The notes beneath the pieces were generated by a model. It ran no database searches and was not told the origin of the DNA. It saw only the letters and a list, made by a program, of their open reading frames with translations. Shown piece by piece: positions 49,225-62,400 of a stretch of 64,000 nucleotides of DNA. The stretch's first letter is position 1. Each line of letters opens with the position of its first letter. The DNA is from Leucoraja ocellata (Eukaryota), in assembly GCA_036785375.1 (NCBI GenBank), contig JAWMAR010000002.1, forward strand, positions 13,888,001 through 13,952,000, in the 5' to 3' direction. Made by a program: the position numbers and the translations under genes.

Positions 49225-49450
49225 AAAGTCTAAGTTGCAATACACTGGCGGAAACAGGCCCTTCGGCCCAACCGACCTGCGATCCCCACACACTAGAGAC
49301 AATTTTACCAAGCCAATTAGCCTACAAACCTGTACCAGTATCCAAAGTGTGGTAGGAAACCAGAGCTCCCGGAGAAAACCCACGGAGGTCATGCTGAAAA
49401 CGTACAAACTCCGTACAGACAGCACCATAGTCAGGATTGAACGCAGGTCT
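49225..49450 (-). mobile_element. HE1-like V-SINE
   Basis: V-domain and tail. Confidence 0.8.
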
Positions 49451-49984
49451 CTAGATGTGGTATTGTATTGAGCTAAGATTAATCATCTCAACATAAAGAA
49501 TCCCCAGTAAAAATTGCTTGCGGCTAATGTTTAAATAATAAATGCATAATTTACAACAGTTATATGTCCCTTTAATGCACAAAAAACCCTTTGGGAAAAT
49601 GGTTCAACTGTAGCTAATATGCATTAAATCTGAAGAACAAGACTAGAAATGTGGAAATTTCATATCAGCATAGGAGAACAAAGACATAGTTAAGGAACGT
49701 GAAAGTAGAATGGAGAGCAATCTAGCATGTAGCAAAAGCCTCTATGGATATATGAAGAAAAAATGGTTAGCAAAAAGATGAATGTGGGCCACTAATAGTG
49801 TGAGATACTGTTAGTGATAGTGTGAATACTGGAGAATAAGTAAAAGATGTAAAAAAAATAGAACTTCGTCACCCTTAGCAGTTTTGCAATTTCTGTGTCA
49901 TATTGTGCATGTGCAGACATCTTAATGCTTGCTGAGAGTTGCAAGGACTATAACAGCAAATATCAACAGTTTCAATATCATTAC

Positions 49985-50658
49985 CATGGTTCCTTGAAGG
50001 TCGAGTCACAGGTAGATAATGAAGCCAAAAAGCCAGTCAGAGTATTGAGTAGAGAAGTTGGGAGGTCATGTTGCAGTTGTATAAGACATTGGTGAGACCG
50101 CATTTAAAATATTGTGTTTAGTTCTGGGCACCATGTTATAGGAAAGATATTGTCTAGTTTAAAAGGGTTTAAAGAAAAAAAATTACGAGGATGTTGCCAG
50201 GTCTAGAGGATGCAAGCTATAGGGAGAGGTTGAGAAAGCACATCAGCGCCTCTATTTCCCATGAAGATTACGGAGATTCGGTATGTCAAAGAGGATTCTC
50301 TTGAACTCCTACTGGTGCACAGTAGGGAGCATACTGACTGGTTGCGTCGTGGCCTGGTTCAGCAACTTGAAAGTCCAGGAGCGGAAAAGACTGCATAAAG
50401 TTGTGAACACTGCCCAGTCCATCACCGGCTCTGACCATGCCACCATCGAAGGGATCTATCGTAGTCGCTGCCTCAAAAAGGCAGCCAACATCATCAAAGA
50501 CCCACACCTTCCTGGCCACACACTCATCTCACCACTACCATTGGGAAGGAGGTACAGGAGCCTGAAAACGGTAACGTCCAGGTTCAGGAGCAACTTCTTC
50601 CCTACAGCCATCAGGCTACTAAACACGACAACGTCATAAGCTATAAACTACAATAGAC

Positions 50659-50731
<73 letters not shown>

Positions 50732-51296
50732 GCACTGTTATTGTTTGTTCTTTTTTTCTGAGTTTTTGTTATATTATTTATTATCCTTATTGCATATTCT
50801 GTTGTGCTGCAACAAGTAAGAATTTCATTGTTCAATCTGGGATATATGACAATAAAACACTCTTGACTCTTGAGTAGGCTGGGTCTCTATTCCATGGAGC
50901 ACAGGAGGATGAGGGGTGATCTTATAGAGGTATACAAAATCATGAGAGGAATAGATCGGGTAGATGCACAGAGTCTCTTGCTCAGAGTAGGGAAATAGAA
51001 GACCAGAGGACATAGGTTCAAGGTGAGGGGGAAAAGATTTAATAGGAATCCGAGGGGTAACTTTTTCACACAAAGGGTGGTGGGTGTATGGAACAAGCTG
51101 CCAAAGGAGGTAGTTGAGGCTGGGACTATCCCATCATTTAAGAAACAGTTAGACAGGTATATGGATAGGGCAGGTTTGGAGGGATATGGACCAAGCGCAG
51201 GCGTGTGGGACTAGTGTAGCTGGGACATTGTTGGCCGGTGTGTGCAAGTTGGGCCGAAGGGCCTGTTTCCACACTGTATCACTCTATGACTCTATG
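49985..51296 (+). mobile_element. CR1 3' fragment interrupted by Rex1
   Basis: CR1 reads continuously across the insertion (gagaggttgag|taggctgggtctc); ORF 51023-51214; (tatgactc)n tail. Confidence 0.85.
50235..50869 (+). mobile_element. Rex1/Babar 3' fragment with a long (ATT)n microsatellite (about 50659-50731)
   Basis: ORF 50283-50639 (SILTGCVVAWF...GRRYRSLKTVTSRFRSNFFPTAIRLLN); flanked by ttgag. Confidence 0.9.
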
Positions 51297-51312
51297 AACC
51301 CAAATATAGCCA

Positions 51313-51510
51313 AAATGTGTAGGAAGAAAGTGCAGATGCTGGTTTAAATCGAAGATAGACACAAAATGCCGGAGTAATTCAGCGGGGCAGGCAGCATCTC
51401 TGGAGGGGAATGGGTCTGAGGAAGGGTCTCGACCCGAAACGTCACCCATTCCTTCTCTCCATAGATTCTGCCTGTCCCGTTGAGTTACTCCAGCATTTTG
51501 TTTCTATCTT
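51313..51510 (+). mobile_element. Penelope-derived fold-back (inverted pLTR) insertion
   Basis: 13-bp TSD ccaaatatagcca at 51300-51312 and 51511-51523. Two inverted arms flank a hammerhead core. Confidence 0.85.
51407..51452 (+). ncRNA. Minimal type-I hammerhead ribozyme motif
   Basis: ggaaugggu CUGAGGA a GGGUC uc GACCC GAAAC GUC acccauucc: 9-bp helix I, 5-bp helix II, palindromic ACGU in place of helix III. Confidence 0.7.
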
Positions 51511-51759
51511 CCAAATATAGCCACTGTAGCTATTGTGCCACCTCCTGTTCTCATAAACCTGCCTTTACCCCTGGTGCTAACAGCACACTTTAGCGGTATT
51601 GAATTTACAATTAATTTTAGATATGAAGAATTTCACTCCATATTTACAGATATAGGGGACAAATATTTTGAAATTACTGACTTTTCTATGTGAATGGTTG
51701 CCACGCAAGCTGGGGCACATCTCTGAATTGAAATGCTTCCTTACCAATTTAGAATCGAA

Positions 51760-51925
51760 GAGAGTCATAGAGACACACCTATTGGAAACAAGCCCTTCAG
51801 CCCAACTTGCCCTCACCAACCAACATGTTCCATCTACATTAATCCCTCCTGTCTGCATTTGGCCCATATCCCATATCCCTTCAAACCTACCCTATCTATG
51901 TACCTATCAAACTGTTTCTTAAATT
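51760..51925 (-). mobile_element. CR1 3' end
   Basis: Reverse complement of a CR1 3' UTR. Confidence 0.75.
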
Positions 51926-52519
51926 TATTTAAATAACCTTCCCCTCCCCCCCCCCCCCCCACAACCTTTGCAAGAAAGCAAGGTTCTCCACAGTTCAGCA
52001 TTCTAATTATCATTCCCCCTCCTTTAACCGCCTACAGCCTCACCGCATCAGTGAATCATCGCAACTCTGCCTCAAGTTAACATTTCTGGATGTTGCTGTG
52101 AGTTAAAATCAGAAACAAAAACTGTAGACGGTGGAAAATTTGGAACAAAAACAGAAAGCACTGGAAATATTCAGCAGGTCAGGCCGCATTTGTGGGAAGA
52201 GAAACAGAACTAACGTATCTAATAATGCTGTCAATTACATGGCCAACAACAATGAATGTTGATACTTTCATTGTCATTGCCAGATGAAGTAGTCAAGTAT
52301 CTTGAGTGTTATTTTAACTCAGCTTCTTGGAGGCCTGAACTTTGAAACCTTCACCTCAGGGGTTTCAAATGATATAAGTTTTATAATTTTATGCCAGCAG
52401 GACTTGATAAACATATGAGGGAGGCAGCTCAAACACTCTGCTCGGCCAAGATCAACAAATATCTACACAACTGAGGCACACAATGAAGAATCTACAATTA
52501 ATGTCAAGATTTTTAACAC

Positions 52520-53210
52520 CATCGATGTACAGAGGGATCTTCGGGCCCACTTCCTTTACTCCCTGTAAGTAGCATTACAGCTAGATAGAGTTTAAAAAAG
52601 GAGGCAGTTATTCTTGCCATCATTAATTAAGTCAAGGAGTCATGATGCACTTTATAGAACTTTGGTTAGGCCACATTTGGAGTATTGCCTGCAGTTCTAA
52701 TCACCGTGTTACAGGAAGGATTTGAAGGCTTTGGAGGGGGTGTACAGGAGGTTTATTACAATGATGTCTGAATTAGGGGATTTTAGTCACATGGAATGGT
52801 TGGACAGACTTGGATTGTTTTCCCTGGAAGGCCAGAGGTTGAGGGGAGACCTGATAGAACTATATCAAATTATGAAAGGCATTGATAGACAGTCAGAACT
52901 TGTAATATCAAAGGTATCAAATGGAAATATCAAATACAAGAGGGCATAGCTTTAAGGTGAATGCGGCAAAGTTTAAAGGAGTTATGTGGGGCGAGTTTTA
53001 TATGCAAAGGATGGTGAGTACCTGGAACGTGCTTAAGAGGGTGATGGTGTTGGAGGCAGATACAATAGTGGCATTTAAGAGACTTTTAGATAGGCACATG
53101 GATATGTAGGGAATGGAGGGATACGGATTACCTGCAGGTAGTTGATCTTGGCAATATGTTTGGCACAGACATTGTGGGCAAAGGGGCTGTTCCTGTGTTA
53201 TACTGTTCTT
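52520..53210 (+). mobile_element. CR1 3' fragment (older)
   Basis: ORFs 52722-52949 and 52921-53109 (LEGQRLRGDLIELY; TRGHSFKV). Confidence 0.88.
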
Positions 53211-53289
53211 TGTTTTAATCTAGATTCTTCTGGTCAACAACTAAAGTGCAGCATGTTGAGAAGTATGGAAATCACTTGATATCTAAGGG

Positions 53290-53430
53290 TCGGCAGACAA
53301 AAATACTGAAGAAGGGTCTCGACTCGAAACGTCGCCTATTCCTTAGCTCCATAGATGCTGCCTCACCTGAGTTATTCCAGCATTTTTGCCTACTTTGGTT
53401 TTTCCAGCATCTGCAGTTCTTTCTTAAACA
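53290..53430 (+). mobile_element. Penelope pLTR with hammerhead core
   Basis: CTGAAGA agggtctcgactc GAAACGTC. Confidence 0.8.
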
Positions 53431-53754
53431 TGATATCTTAGGGAAATGTCATACGGCAAGCTTTAGGATCACTGGTACCTAGGGAATTAAATTCTGATTT
53501 GTGGATGTGAAATATTGGATTGATCTCAGAATTGTAACTGTACTGAAACACGTCGCTGAGTTTATTGTCATATGCACGTGTAATGAGGTACAGGTACAAT
53601 GAAAAGTTTGCTTGCAGCAACATTACAGGCACATTGATAACATACAGAACATAAAATTATACATCAATTATGAAAGATGGTAAAAAGAAAAAAAACATGC
53701 AAAACAAGACCAGTGCAAAAACACAATTAGAAACATGTCCATGGCAGAAACTTG

Positions 53755-53990
53755 GTAGACATAAAATGCTGGAGTAACTCAGCGGGTCAGGTCGCAACAC
53801 TGGAGAAAATATGTAGGTGGCATTTTGGGTCGGAACCCTTCTTCCGACTGCAGCAGTCTGATGAAGGGTTCTGAACCGAAACGTCACCTATTCCTATTCT
53901 CCAGAGATACTGCGTGACCTACTGAGTTACTCCAGCATTTTGGGTTTATCCTCGGTGTAAACCAGCACCTGCAGTTCTTTCCTACACATA
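53755..53990. mobile_element. Penelope fold-back element
   Basis: Inverted arms; the plus arm has CTGATGA agggttctgaacc GAAACGTC. Confidence 0.82.
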
Positions 53991-54943
53991 CGTAGAAACA
54001 TGATAGTTTGGCTAGTTGTGGAGTGTCTTCAATACTATAATTGTGTTGTTATAAAGGTCCACAGCCCTCATGTCCAATGGCCTTAACCATTTCTTGCAAT
54101 CAAATGGAGTAAATTAAATTGGCTGGAGGTTGGCATTTATGAGCACGTCTAAAGAAGATGTAGGTGGGTGATAACTTCTTGCTCGCAAAGATTGTCATCC
54201 ATTTTAGTTTGGAGTCTGACCTATCGCTTACAATAAGCCTTAGTGTCCACACTTATGATGAAGACACATGAAGACACACAACCCACTACCATTCCAAACA
54301 TCGGCGGTGGGTCTGTGAGATGAAATTTAAAGGCATTTAATGGGGAGTGGGTGTCAGGGAAGAAGGGAATGGGGATTGGCGAGGCAATGAGACAAGTGTT
54401 AAATTTTTGCTAATAGTTATCTGAAGAACTAGGCTTCCTTTATCTTGCAGACCTCATTTTTGTATCCAATTAATGTATTTATTGCCCATCTTGTCACCAA
54501 AGACTTTTTGATATTGATATGTATCTAGCCTCTTATTATTGATGGATAATTTAGTGACTTAAGGTTTTGTTAGAATTTCCCAGTTGGGAAAGGGGCAAAG
54601 GAGTCAAGACTTTCCTTTGTGGAAAACCTGAGGAACAACATGAACCAACAAATTCTTGATTGAAAACCGACTTTAATCAAAAGCAAACTGGAGGTGCAGG
54701 GGATTGGGAAATAACGATAGATTATTATCAGCAGGTCAGGCGGAATCTGCTGGGATCGAAATAAATGTAATACTGCGGGACAATGGACTTCATCGGAGTC
54801 CTTTAATACCACAAGCAAATCGGCCCTTCAGTCCACTGTGCCTGCACCAGTAACAGGTTCCTATCTGTACCAATCCCATTTTCTAGCTTTTGTGTAGGAG
54901 CTTTCAATGCCATGGTGCTTCATGTTCTTGTCTGCAACTGCAA

Positions 54944-55215
54944 CGGGTGGCACGATGGTGCAGCGGTAGAGTTGCTACCTTACAGCGCCAGAGATCCCAG
55001 TTCGATCCTGTTTATGGGTGCTGTCTGTACAGAGTTTGGATGTTCGCCCTGTGACCTCGTGGGTTTCCTCCAGCTGCTCTGGTTTCCTCCCACACTCCAA
55101 AGTGAATTGGATTCGGTAAAACTGTAAATTGACCCTAGTGGGCAGGGATCTTACTAGGGAGTGGGGATCGCTGGTTGGCACAGACTCGATGAGCTGAAGG
55201 GCCTGTTTCCGTTAA
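54944..55215 (+). mobile_element. HE1-like V-SINE
   Basis: Head, V-domain and tail. Confidence 0.88.
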
Positions 55216-55994
55216 ACCAAGCTCTTGTTCAAGCCTAGTACAGTCTCCTGTTCTGTTCTCAGATGTACCTGATTCAACCTTTGTGCTGCCTTCCACAACA
55301 TTTCTTTGTCAGAAATGCTATATAAATTTGTTGTGGCTGAGGCAAACCAGCTGCTTAAAAATTACTGACATGACTTAGTCACCCACTTCCAGCTGGAGTT
55401 GGCGATTGAAGAAGTGACAAATTGAGAGCATGATTGGGAGAGAATGATAAAAGAGAGAAGAGAAGGATAAAAGGATAAGAGTTGAGATGGGTCATACACT
55501 GAGGGCAGAAACTTTTATCTATCATCTAAAACACAGCTATAGAATAAAATTCAAGGCAGAAAATGTTTGGCCGCCCACAATGGAAACTAATATTATTCCT
55601 ATCACTGAATATCTAGATATCAGCTCCTAAACATAACCACTGTAAACAATGACTTTACAGATCATTCAGATGTCGTACTATGCGGCTTTCGAATGTTTTA
55701 TTTCATGCTCCAATAGTTGTACAGTATGCGTTAGATAACGGCAATAAAACACACACCTTTTATATCACAGTACTGCGATACACATGTTGGCACTCTGTGT
55801 GCAGTGAAACTGTGGAAAGGTGCCCTATTTGGTTTTGTTTGGACATCTGTTTGATCATCGGTACTGTTAAGTCACATATGTCGCTTTACATTAACTAGAA
55901 TAATGGATGGCATATGTTTTTTAGAATTTTTGTAACATGTTCTAGATAACTTTAATCAATATGTAGCATAGGGTGGTGATCTGGGGATTTTTTT

Positions 55995-56197
55995 TGCCAC
56001 AGAAGGCTGTGGAGGCCAAGTCAATGGATATTTTTAAGGTAGAGATAGATTCTTGATTGGTAGGGGTGTCAGGGGATATGGGGGAGAAGGCAGGAGAATG
56101 GGATTAAGAGGGAAAGATAGATCAGCCATGATTGAATGGCAGAGTAGACTTGATGGGCCGAATGGCCTAATTCTGCTTCTATCACGTGAACTTATGA
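55995..56197 (+). mobile_element. CR1 3' end
   Basis: LPQKAVEAKSMDIFK remnant and UTR. Confidence 0.8.
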
Positions 56198-57174
56198 AGG
56201 CCAATAAGAGCTGAGCAGAGTATCAGTGAATACATTGAGGCAAGTGGAGCACAGGCTTTTAGATGTGCAGCGAATTGAGGAATTGAGGGATATTGATGAG
56301 ATCTGTTTATCTTGACATAGTTTGGCACAGTCAAATGTTCCGGTGCTGTACCATTCTATATTCTATGTTCTATAAGAGTGGGCTCTTTTAGAGGAAAGGA
56401 TGGTAGCCTCAAAGTAGAGCTGGAAAAGAAAAGTGAAATAAATATTTTGCATATATTTTCATAGATAGGGGGTGATATATCATCAGGATAGAAGAATATA
56501 ACAGATTGAAGGTAATACACATAAGGGACAATACATGGACGTCAGCAAGATTGTTTGACAAAGTTCTGCATAATAGAATGATCTGTTATGTAAAAGGTCA
56601 TGTAATCCAAGGGAAAATAGCAAGTTAGAAAAACATCTGTGAATAGTGGGATCAGTGAGGCTCATTATAAGCTCCTGAATATCGCTATATATGTTGATGA
56701 CTTAGAATTAAGAAGTTTGGTTGACCGTGAGAAAGAAAGTTACCAGTTGTCGGTGACAAGAAAATTGGGAAGAGGAATTCAAAGCAAACAACGCTGAGGT
56801 CATGGATTTGTGGAGGGGAAACAGGTAAAAGAAAAATACTGAAAAAGGGCAGATAACTAAGGAGTGCAGAGTGAAAGGATTCTCTTTCACCATCAATCCT
56901 CATATTCTTGAAGATCAAGGGACTGGTACTGATAACTAGTTGTGTGCACAGAGCACTGAATACAAGGACTCCATACCACAGTAAGGAAGAATATGGCAGC
57001 ACCAGAGGGGATAGAGGGAGGATCTGGCTAATGTTAAAAAATTAATAATAATACAGAGAATTTCTAGATTGGGACGTTTCCTTTGAAATGAAAGACTGAA
57101 GAGAGATTAAAGTATATAACATTAGGGGAGCACTAGAAAGGATGCATGGGGAAAAAATCTACAGTACTTTGATT

Positions 57175-57843
57175 TGTTTAGTTTAGTTTAGTTTAGAGAT
57201 ACTGAGCGGAAACAGGCCCTTTGACCCACCGAGTCTGTGCCGACCAACAATCCCCGCACACTAACTCGGTCCTACACGCACTAGGGACAATTTACAATTT
57301 TACCAAGACAATTAGCCTACAAACCGTACAACTTTGGAATGTGGGAGGAAACCGGAGCACCTGGAGAAAGTCCCATGCTGGTAATGGGGAGAATGTACAA
57401 ACTCCGTACAGATAGCACCTGGAGTCAGGATTGAACGCAGGTCTCAAGCGCTGTAAAGGGCCTGTCCCACGAGCATGCGACCTGCATGCGGCAAGCGTGA
57501 CCAAACTGGAAGCTGGGGCCGCGCGGAGGTCGAGTGAGTGATGTGAAGTTCGAGCGAAGTCTGACGGGCGTGCGCAGCGTCAAGACGCTGCGTACGGCAT
57601 CGATGCGGCTGTGGGCCAGCAGGCCGTTGCCGCGTGGAATTTTTGAACATGGCAGTTTTTCGGAGCCCTGCCCGATGTCGGGACCAGCTCCCAACAACTC
57701 CATACGGCTCCGGCGATCAAAGTGGGACCGGCCCCGCAAGGCCATACGGCTCAAGCGACCACATTGCGCTTGCCACATGGAGTTGCATGCTCATGGGACA
57801 GGCCCTTAAGGCAGTGATTCTACCGCTGCACCACCTTACCACC
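57175..57843 (-). mobile_element. HE1-like V-SINE split by a MITE
   Basis: SINE reads gcgctgtaa|ggcag across the MITE. Confidence 0.88.
57457..57806. mobile_element. PIF/Harbinger-like MITE, third family
   Basis: TIRs agggcctgtcccacgagcatgc / gcatgctcatgggacaggccct; TSD taa at 57454-57456 and 57807-57809. Confidence 0.9.
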
Positions 57844-58082
57844 CTTCTCTCAACACAAATGTTGATCAGTAAATTAATTGGTAAAAGGATCAGAGGACAT
57901 TGAAGAAAATAAAACGTTCTCAAAAACATTAAGAAAAAGTGTGTTGGGATGTTGAATTCTCCTCATGAGACGAGCAGAAACTGTCATCACATTTAAGAAG
58001 TAATGGGTTGAGTCTTGCAAGGTGATGGAGGGAGCCAAGAGTAGGGAAGTGAGAAAGGCCTAAGAAGGTAATTAGGGTTTTA

Positions 58083-58608
58083 AGTGATAGGAGCAGAATT
58101 AGGCCATTTGGCCCATCAAGTCTACTCCGCCATTCAATCATGGCTGATCTTTCTCTCCCTCCTAACCCCATTCTCCTGCCTTCTCCGCAAAACCCCTGAC
58201 ACCCGTACTAATCAAGGATCTATCTATCTCTGCCTTAAAAAAATATCCATTGGCTTGGCCTCCACACCCTTCTGTGGCAGATAATTTCACAGATTCACCA
58301 CCTTCTGACTAAAGAAATTCCTCCTTTTCTCCTTCCTAAATTCTGAGGCTATAACCTCTAGTTCTAGACTCTCCCACTGGTGGAAACATCCTCCACACAT
58401 CCACTCAATCCAAGCCTTTCACTATTCAATGAGGTCTCCCCTCATCCTTCTAAACTCCAGGCCCAGAGCCATCAAACGCTCATCATATGTCAACCCACTC
58501 ATTCCTGGGATCATTCTTGTAAATCTCCTCTGGATCTGCTACAGAGCCAGCACATCCTTCTTCAGATATGGTGCCCAAAATTGCTCTCACTACTCCAAAT
58601 GTGGCCTG
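58083..58608 (-). mobile_element. CR1 3' fragment
   Basis: Reverse complement of CR1 C-terminus and UTR. Confidence 0.82.
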
Positions 58609-58849
58609 GAAAAGCTCCATCATTGGCCAGGATGGACACAATACGACTTACACTATGTGCTGGAGGAGCTCAGTGGGTCAAGCAGCATCTGGGGAGCGAA
58701 TGGACAGATGACGTTTTGGGCCGGGACCCTTCTTTAAACTGTTAGATCTTTAGGAATGCAAGAGGCTGCAGAGAGTGGTGGATTCATGGCTGGTCCATCA
58801 TGGGATAGCCCACTACATCAGACTCCAGAAGGATCAACTTCCTCTACCC

Positions 58850-59125
58850 TTGTGTAGGAAGGAACTGCAGATCCTGGTTTACACTGAAGATTGATTCAAA
58901 ATGCTGGAGTAACTCAGCAGGTCAGGCAGCGTCTCTGGAGAAAAGGTACAGGTGACGGCTTGGGTTGAGCCCCTTTTTCAAACTGAGGTCAGGGAAGAGG
59001 GTAACTAGAGGTATGAAAAGGTACTGAACAAATCAGAGCCTTCCCAGACATTGCCTGACTCGCTGAGTTCCTCCAGCACTTTGCTCAGGATTCCAGTGTT
59101 TTGCTCAGGATTCCAGCATCAGCAT
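58850..59125. mobile_element. Penelope pLTR fragments
   Basis: gtaggaaggaactgcag...gagtaactcagc arm and a partial opposite arm. Confidence 0.7.
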
Positions 59126-59604
59126 CCAACATTCTTGATTAATACAATAGCCTGCACTGTATTCTATGAATAGGAATCTGTGAATGCACGACAACAGGTA
59201 ATCATTGCAGTCGTGCATTCTAGAACCAATAAACCGCCATTTTACAAGAAGGCTTAAATGACCTCTGCAAAATAGCACCATTTATCAAATGAAAGACACA
59301 GATTTATATGGCACACTGAAGTTTGTTCATGTCTATTTTATAAGCCTTTATTCTGCTGAGCATGGAGGCTGAGTAAATGCATTGGTATGTGGTATATTGC
59401 CTTTGAAGGTCACAGTCTCGCTCTGCTAAAGGTTAAATGAATTGGTTGCATGTGCAAAATAGAACATAATTCATGGTATCACACACCTACTTCAGTAAGT
59501 ATTATGTGAAATGCAGGGCAGAGCTTTCGGGAAATACTGTTTGGGCTTGAGAACTTTTTATTTGGAATAAGCCATCGAGAAAGGATCTGACAGATTGAAA
59601 TTGT

Positions 59605-59925
59605 TTATGTTTATGTTTAGAGATGCAGCACGGAAACAGGCCATTCGGCCCACTAAGTCTGTGCCGAACAGCGATCCCCACACATTAACACTATCCTACA
59701 CACACTAGGGACAATTTACACATACACTAAGCCAATTAACCTACATACCTGCACCTCCTTTTGGAGTATGGGAGGAAACCGAAGATCTCAGAGAAAACCC
59801 ACGGGGTCGAGGGGAGAATGTATAAACTCCGTACAGACAGCCCCCGTAGTCAGGATCGAACCCGAGTCTCTGGCGCTGCAAGCGATGTAAGGCAGCAACT
59901 CTACCGCTGCACCACCGTGCTGCCC
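59605..59925 (-). mobile_element. HE1-like V-SINE, full length
   Basis: Head with ggttcgatcc, V-domain and tail. Confidence 0.92.
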
Positions 59926-60509
59926 TATAAATTATAAAAGGGTTCAGCAGGATAGACAAAACATATAGTGTCACAAGAGACTGCAGATGCAGAAAGCAGT
60001 GGGTCAGGCAGGATCTGAGGAGGGAAATGGGCTTCATTCAGTTAGAGAAAGGGTCCCGAATCAACATGCATCTGTATATTTCCCTCCACAGATGCTGCCG
60101 GCCTTGCTGAGTTCCTCCAGCACTTTGTAAATGAGGTTGTGCAACTCGCTATCATATGAAGACATTGAGGAAATAGCAAAGAAGCATTTAAGGGGGAGCA
60201 AAGGAGGCCATATAGGAAGCAGAATATCCCGACGTAGGAAAGTGCTGCCATGGAGTGTAAACTCTGGTGATTGTTTGGGTTTATTGGCCCGTTTCCATGG
60301 TGAAAAGTCTATTGCTAGAAAATTCTATTGCATAACAGTTTTTTTTTGTCTCAGCAGTCAGTGACTCATGACTCTCCAAAGCTTTTTGGACCAACTTCAA
60401 GACACAATTCAATAGTGTGATGGAAAATACTCAACTTGTCTGGATGGATGGAGCTTCAATAAGATTCAAGTAAATCAGGCCGATTTTGAACTAAACAATT
60501 GACTCTGGC

Positions 60510-61150
60510 AACATAGAACATGAAACATGGAACAGTTTAACACAGGAATAGGCCCTTCATCCCATGATGTCTGTGACGACCATGATAATGAATTAAACTA
60601 ATCCCATCGGCACATGATTCATATCCTTCCATTCTTTGCATGTTCATGCACCTGTCTAAATGCCTCTTAAACGTCACCATTATATCTGCTACCTCCACCT
60701 CCCCTGGCAGCCTGTTACAGGCACCTACCACTCCCTTTTTTAAAACGTTGCCCTGGTAATCTCCTTGAAACTTTTCCCCTTTGGCCTTACAGCTTTGCCC
60801 TCTAGTAGTTGACGTATTACCCTGTGAAAAAATACTCTGCCTATCTACCCTATCTATGCCTTTCATCAGGGGCTAGTGTTTCTCCTTGGCCCCTGAATCT
60901 CCAGATGAACCTGAGGGGCAACATTTTCACTCAGATGGTGGTTGGTAAATGGATTGAGCTGCCAAAGGAGGTAGCTGAGGCAGGTACAATACAACTTTAA
61001 AAGGCACTTGGACAGGTACATGGATAGGAAGGTTTACAGGGATATGAACCAAATGCAGGCAATGAGACTAGCTCAGTTGCAACAACTTGGTCAGCATGGA
61101 CAAGTTGGGCTGATAGACCTGCCCCATGCTGTATGACTCCATGCCTCTGA
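60510..61150. mobile_element. Head-to-head CR1 3' fragments (- 60510-60868; + 60905-61150)
   Basis: ORFs 60537-60866 (-) and the end of 60809-61000 (+) both encode the CR1 C-terminus. Confidence 0.8.
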
Positions 61151-62077
61151 CTCGAAGTACAAATAAATGGAATTTATATTTCCTTTCCTAATCTGCACGT
61201 TGGGTATTCAAATATACAAGAGTGGAAACCTTATACCAGGTGTGGTGCATGCAGGATAACAAAGGCAAGAGATAAGGCCTGGGAATCTCAGTATCGTTGA
61301 ACTCAGTTACTGCAGAGTGGAATGTCAAATGTTCCATCATTCATTAGTCCTAGATTTATGACAAAGACCAGTATGTCCCAGATGTGCTTACATGTAAGCA
61401 GATGATGCCAGTTTGATTTGTCCCATTACATTAACACATGTTCATGTTTTGTGAGCAGTTGAGGCGACTATCTTAAGATGATTTATTTTGAAACAGTAAG
61501 TACTCTTTACCACTATATCTAATTTGTCTTTGGAAATAATATGATAATGGCAGAGAGAAAATTTGAGAAAGTCATGAAAGACAAGAGAGAATGCCTTATG
61601 ATTCACCACAATGGGATTCATAATTTAGAACAATGAACAAAAGATGTACAAATATTAGCACTGTATTAAAATTGGCACATTATTATGGCTTGCACTGCAT
61701 TCAATTTCAACTAAGTACAAGGATGTTAAGTGATTTATGAGGTGTAATATGTTGCTTTTGCAGGATTGACATGCATTGAGCTTTCCTTTTCATCATTACA
61801 TCTACAGCAAAGCTGGGCCACATTGACAAGGTGCTGGTGATTGCCTTTACCTTTCCTCTTTCATTGTGCTTCTTGAAATAACCACATTTCCCGTACAGCA
61901 AGCTTTGCACCACCATTTAATGTTTCTGGGAGAAATTCAAAGATTGATTATGAAGCTATCCGATCTCATCATCATCATCGTTGAAAACATCAACGGGCAC
62001 GGTGCCTTACAATGCCGTGTACGACAGTGATCGCAACTTCTACTGAAGTGTGGATGGCCGTTGACTCACTAGAAGCT

Positions 62078-62400
62078 CATTCAATTCAATTCAACTTTAT
62101 TGGCATTGCACAAATACGAGTATAGGTACAACAAAATGCAGTTTAGCGTCTGGTCATAGTTATAGTGCAAGATAGTAGAAGTAAAAATAAAAATACAAAA
62201 TAAGCATACAATAAAAATAAAAAATACTGGTTAACAATGTGTGGATTGTGGATGAATTAAAACTGGTACATAGGCAAATAACTGTATACAAATGGGAGAG
62301 TCTAAAGATAGCTAGCGACGGGACTGAGTTCAGCAGTGTAATGGTGTTGTTGAAAAAGCTGTTCCTCAGCCTGCTTGTGCGAGACCTGAGGCATCCGCCC
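62078..62400 (-). mobile_element. Rex1/Babar-type 3' end with (TTGAA)n tail
   Basis: Encodes RSRTSRLRNSFFNNTITLLN; (ttcaa)n at about 62080-62095. Confidence 0.75.
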
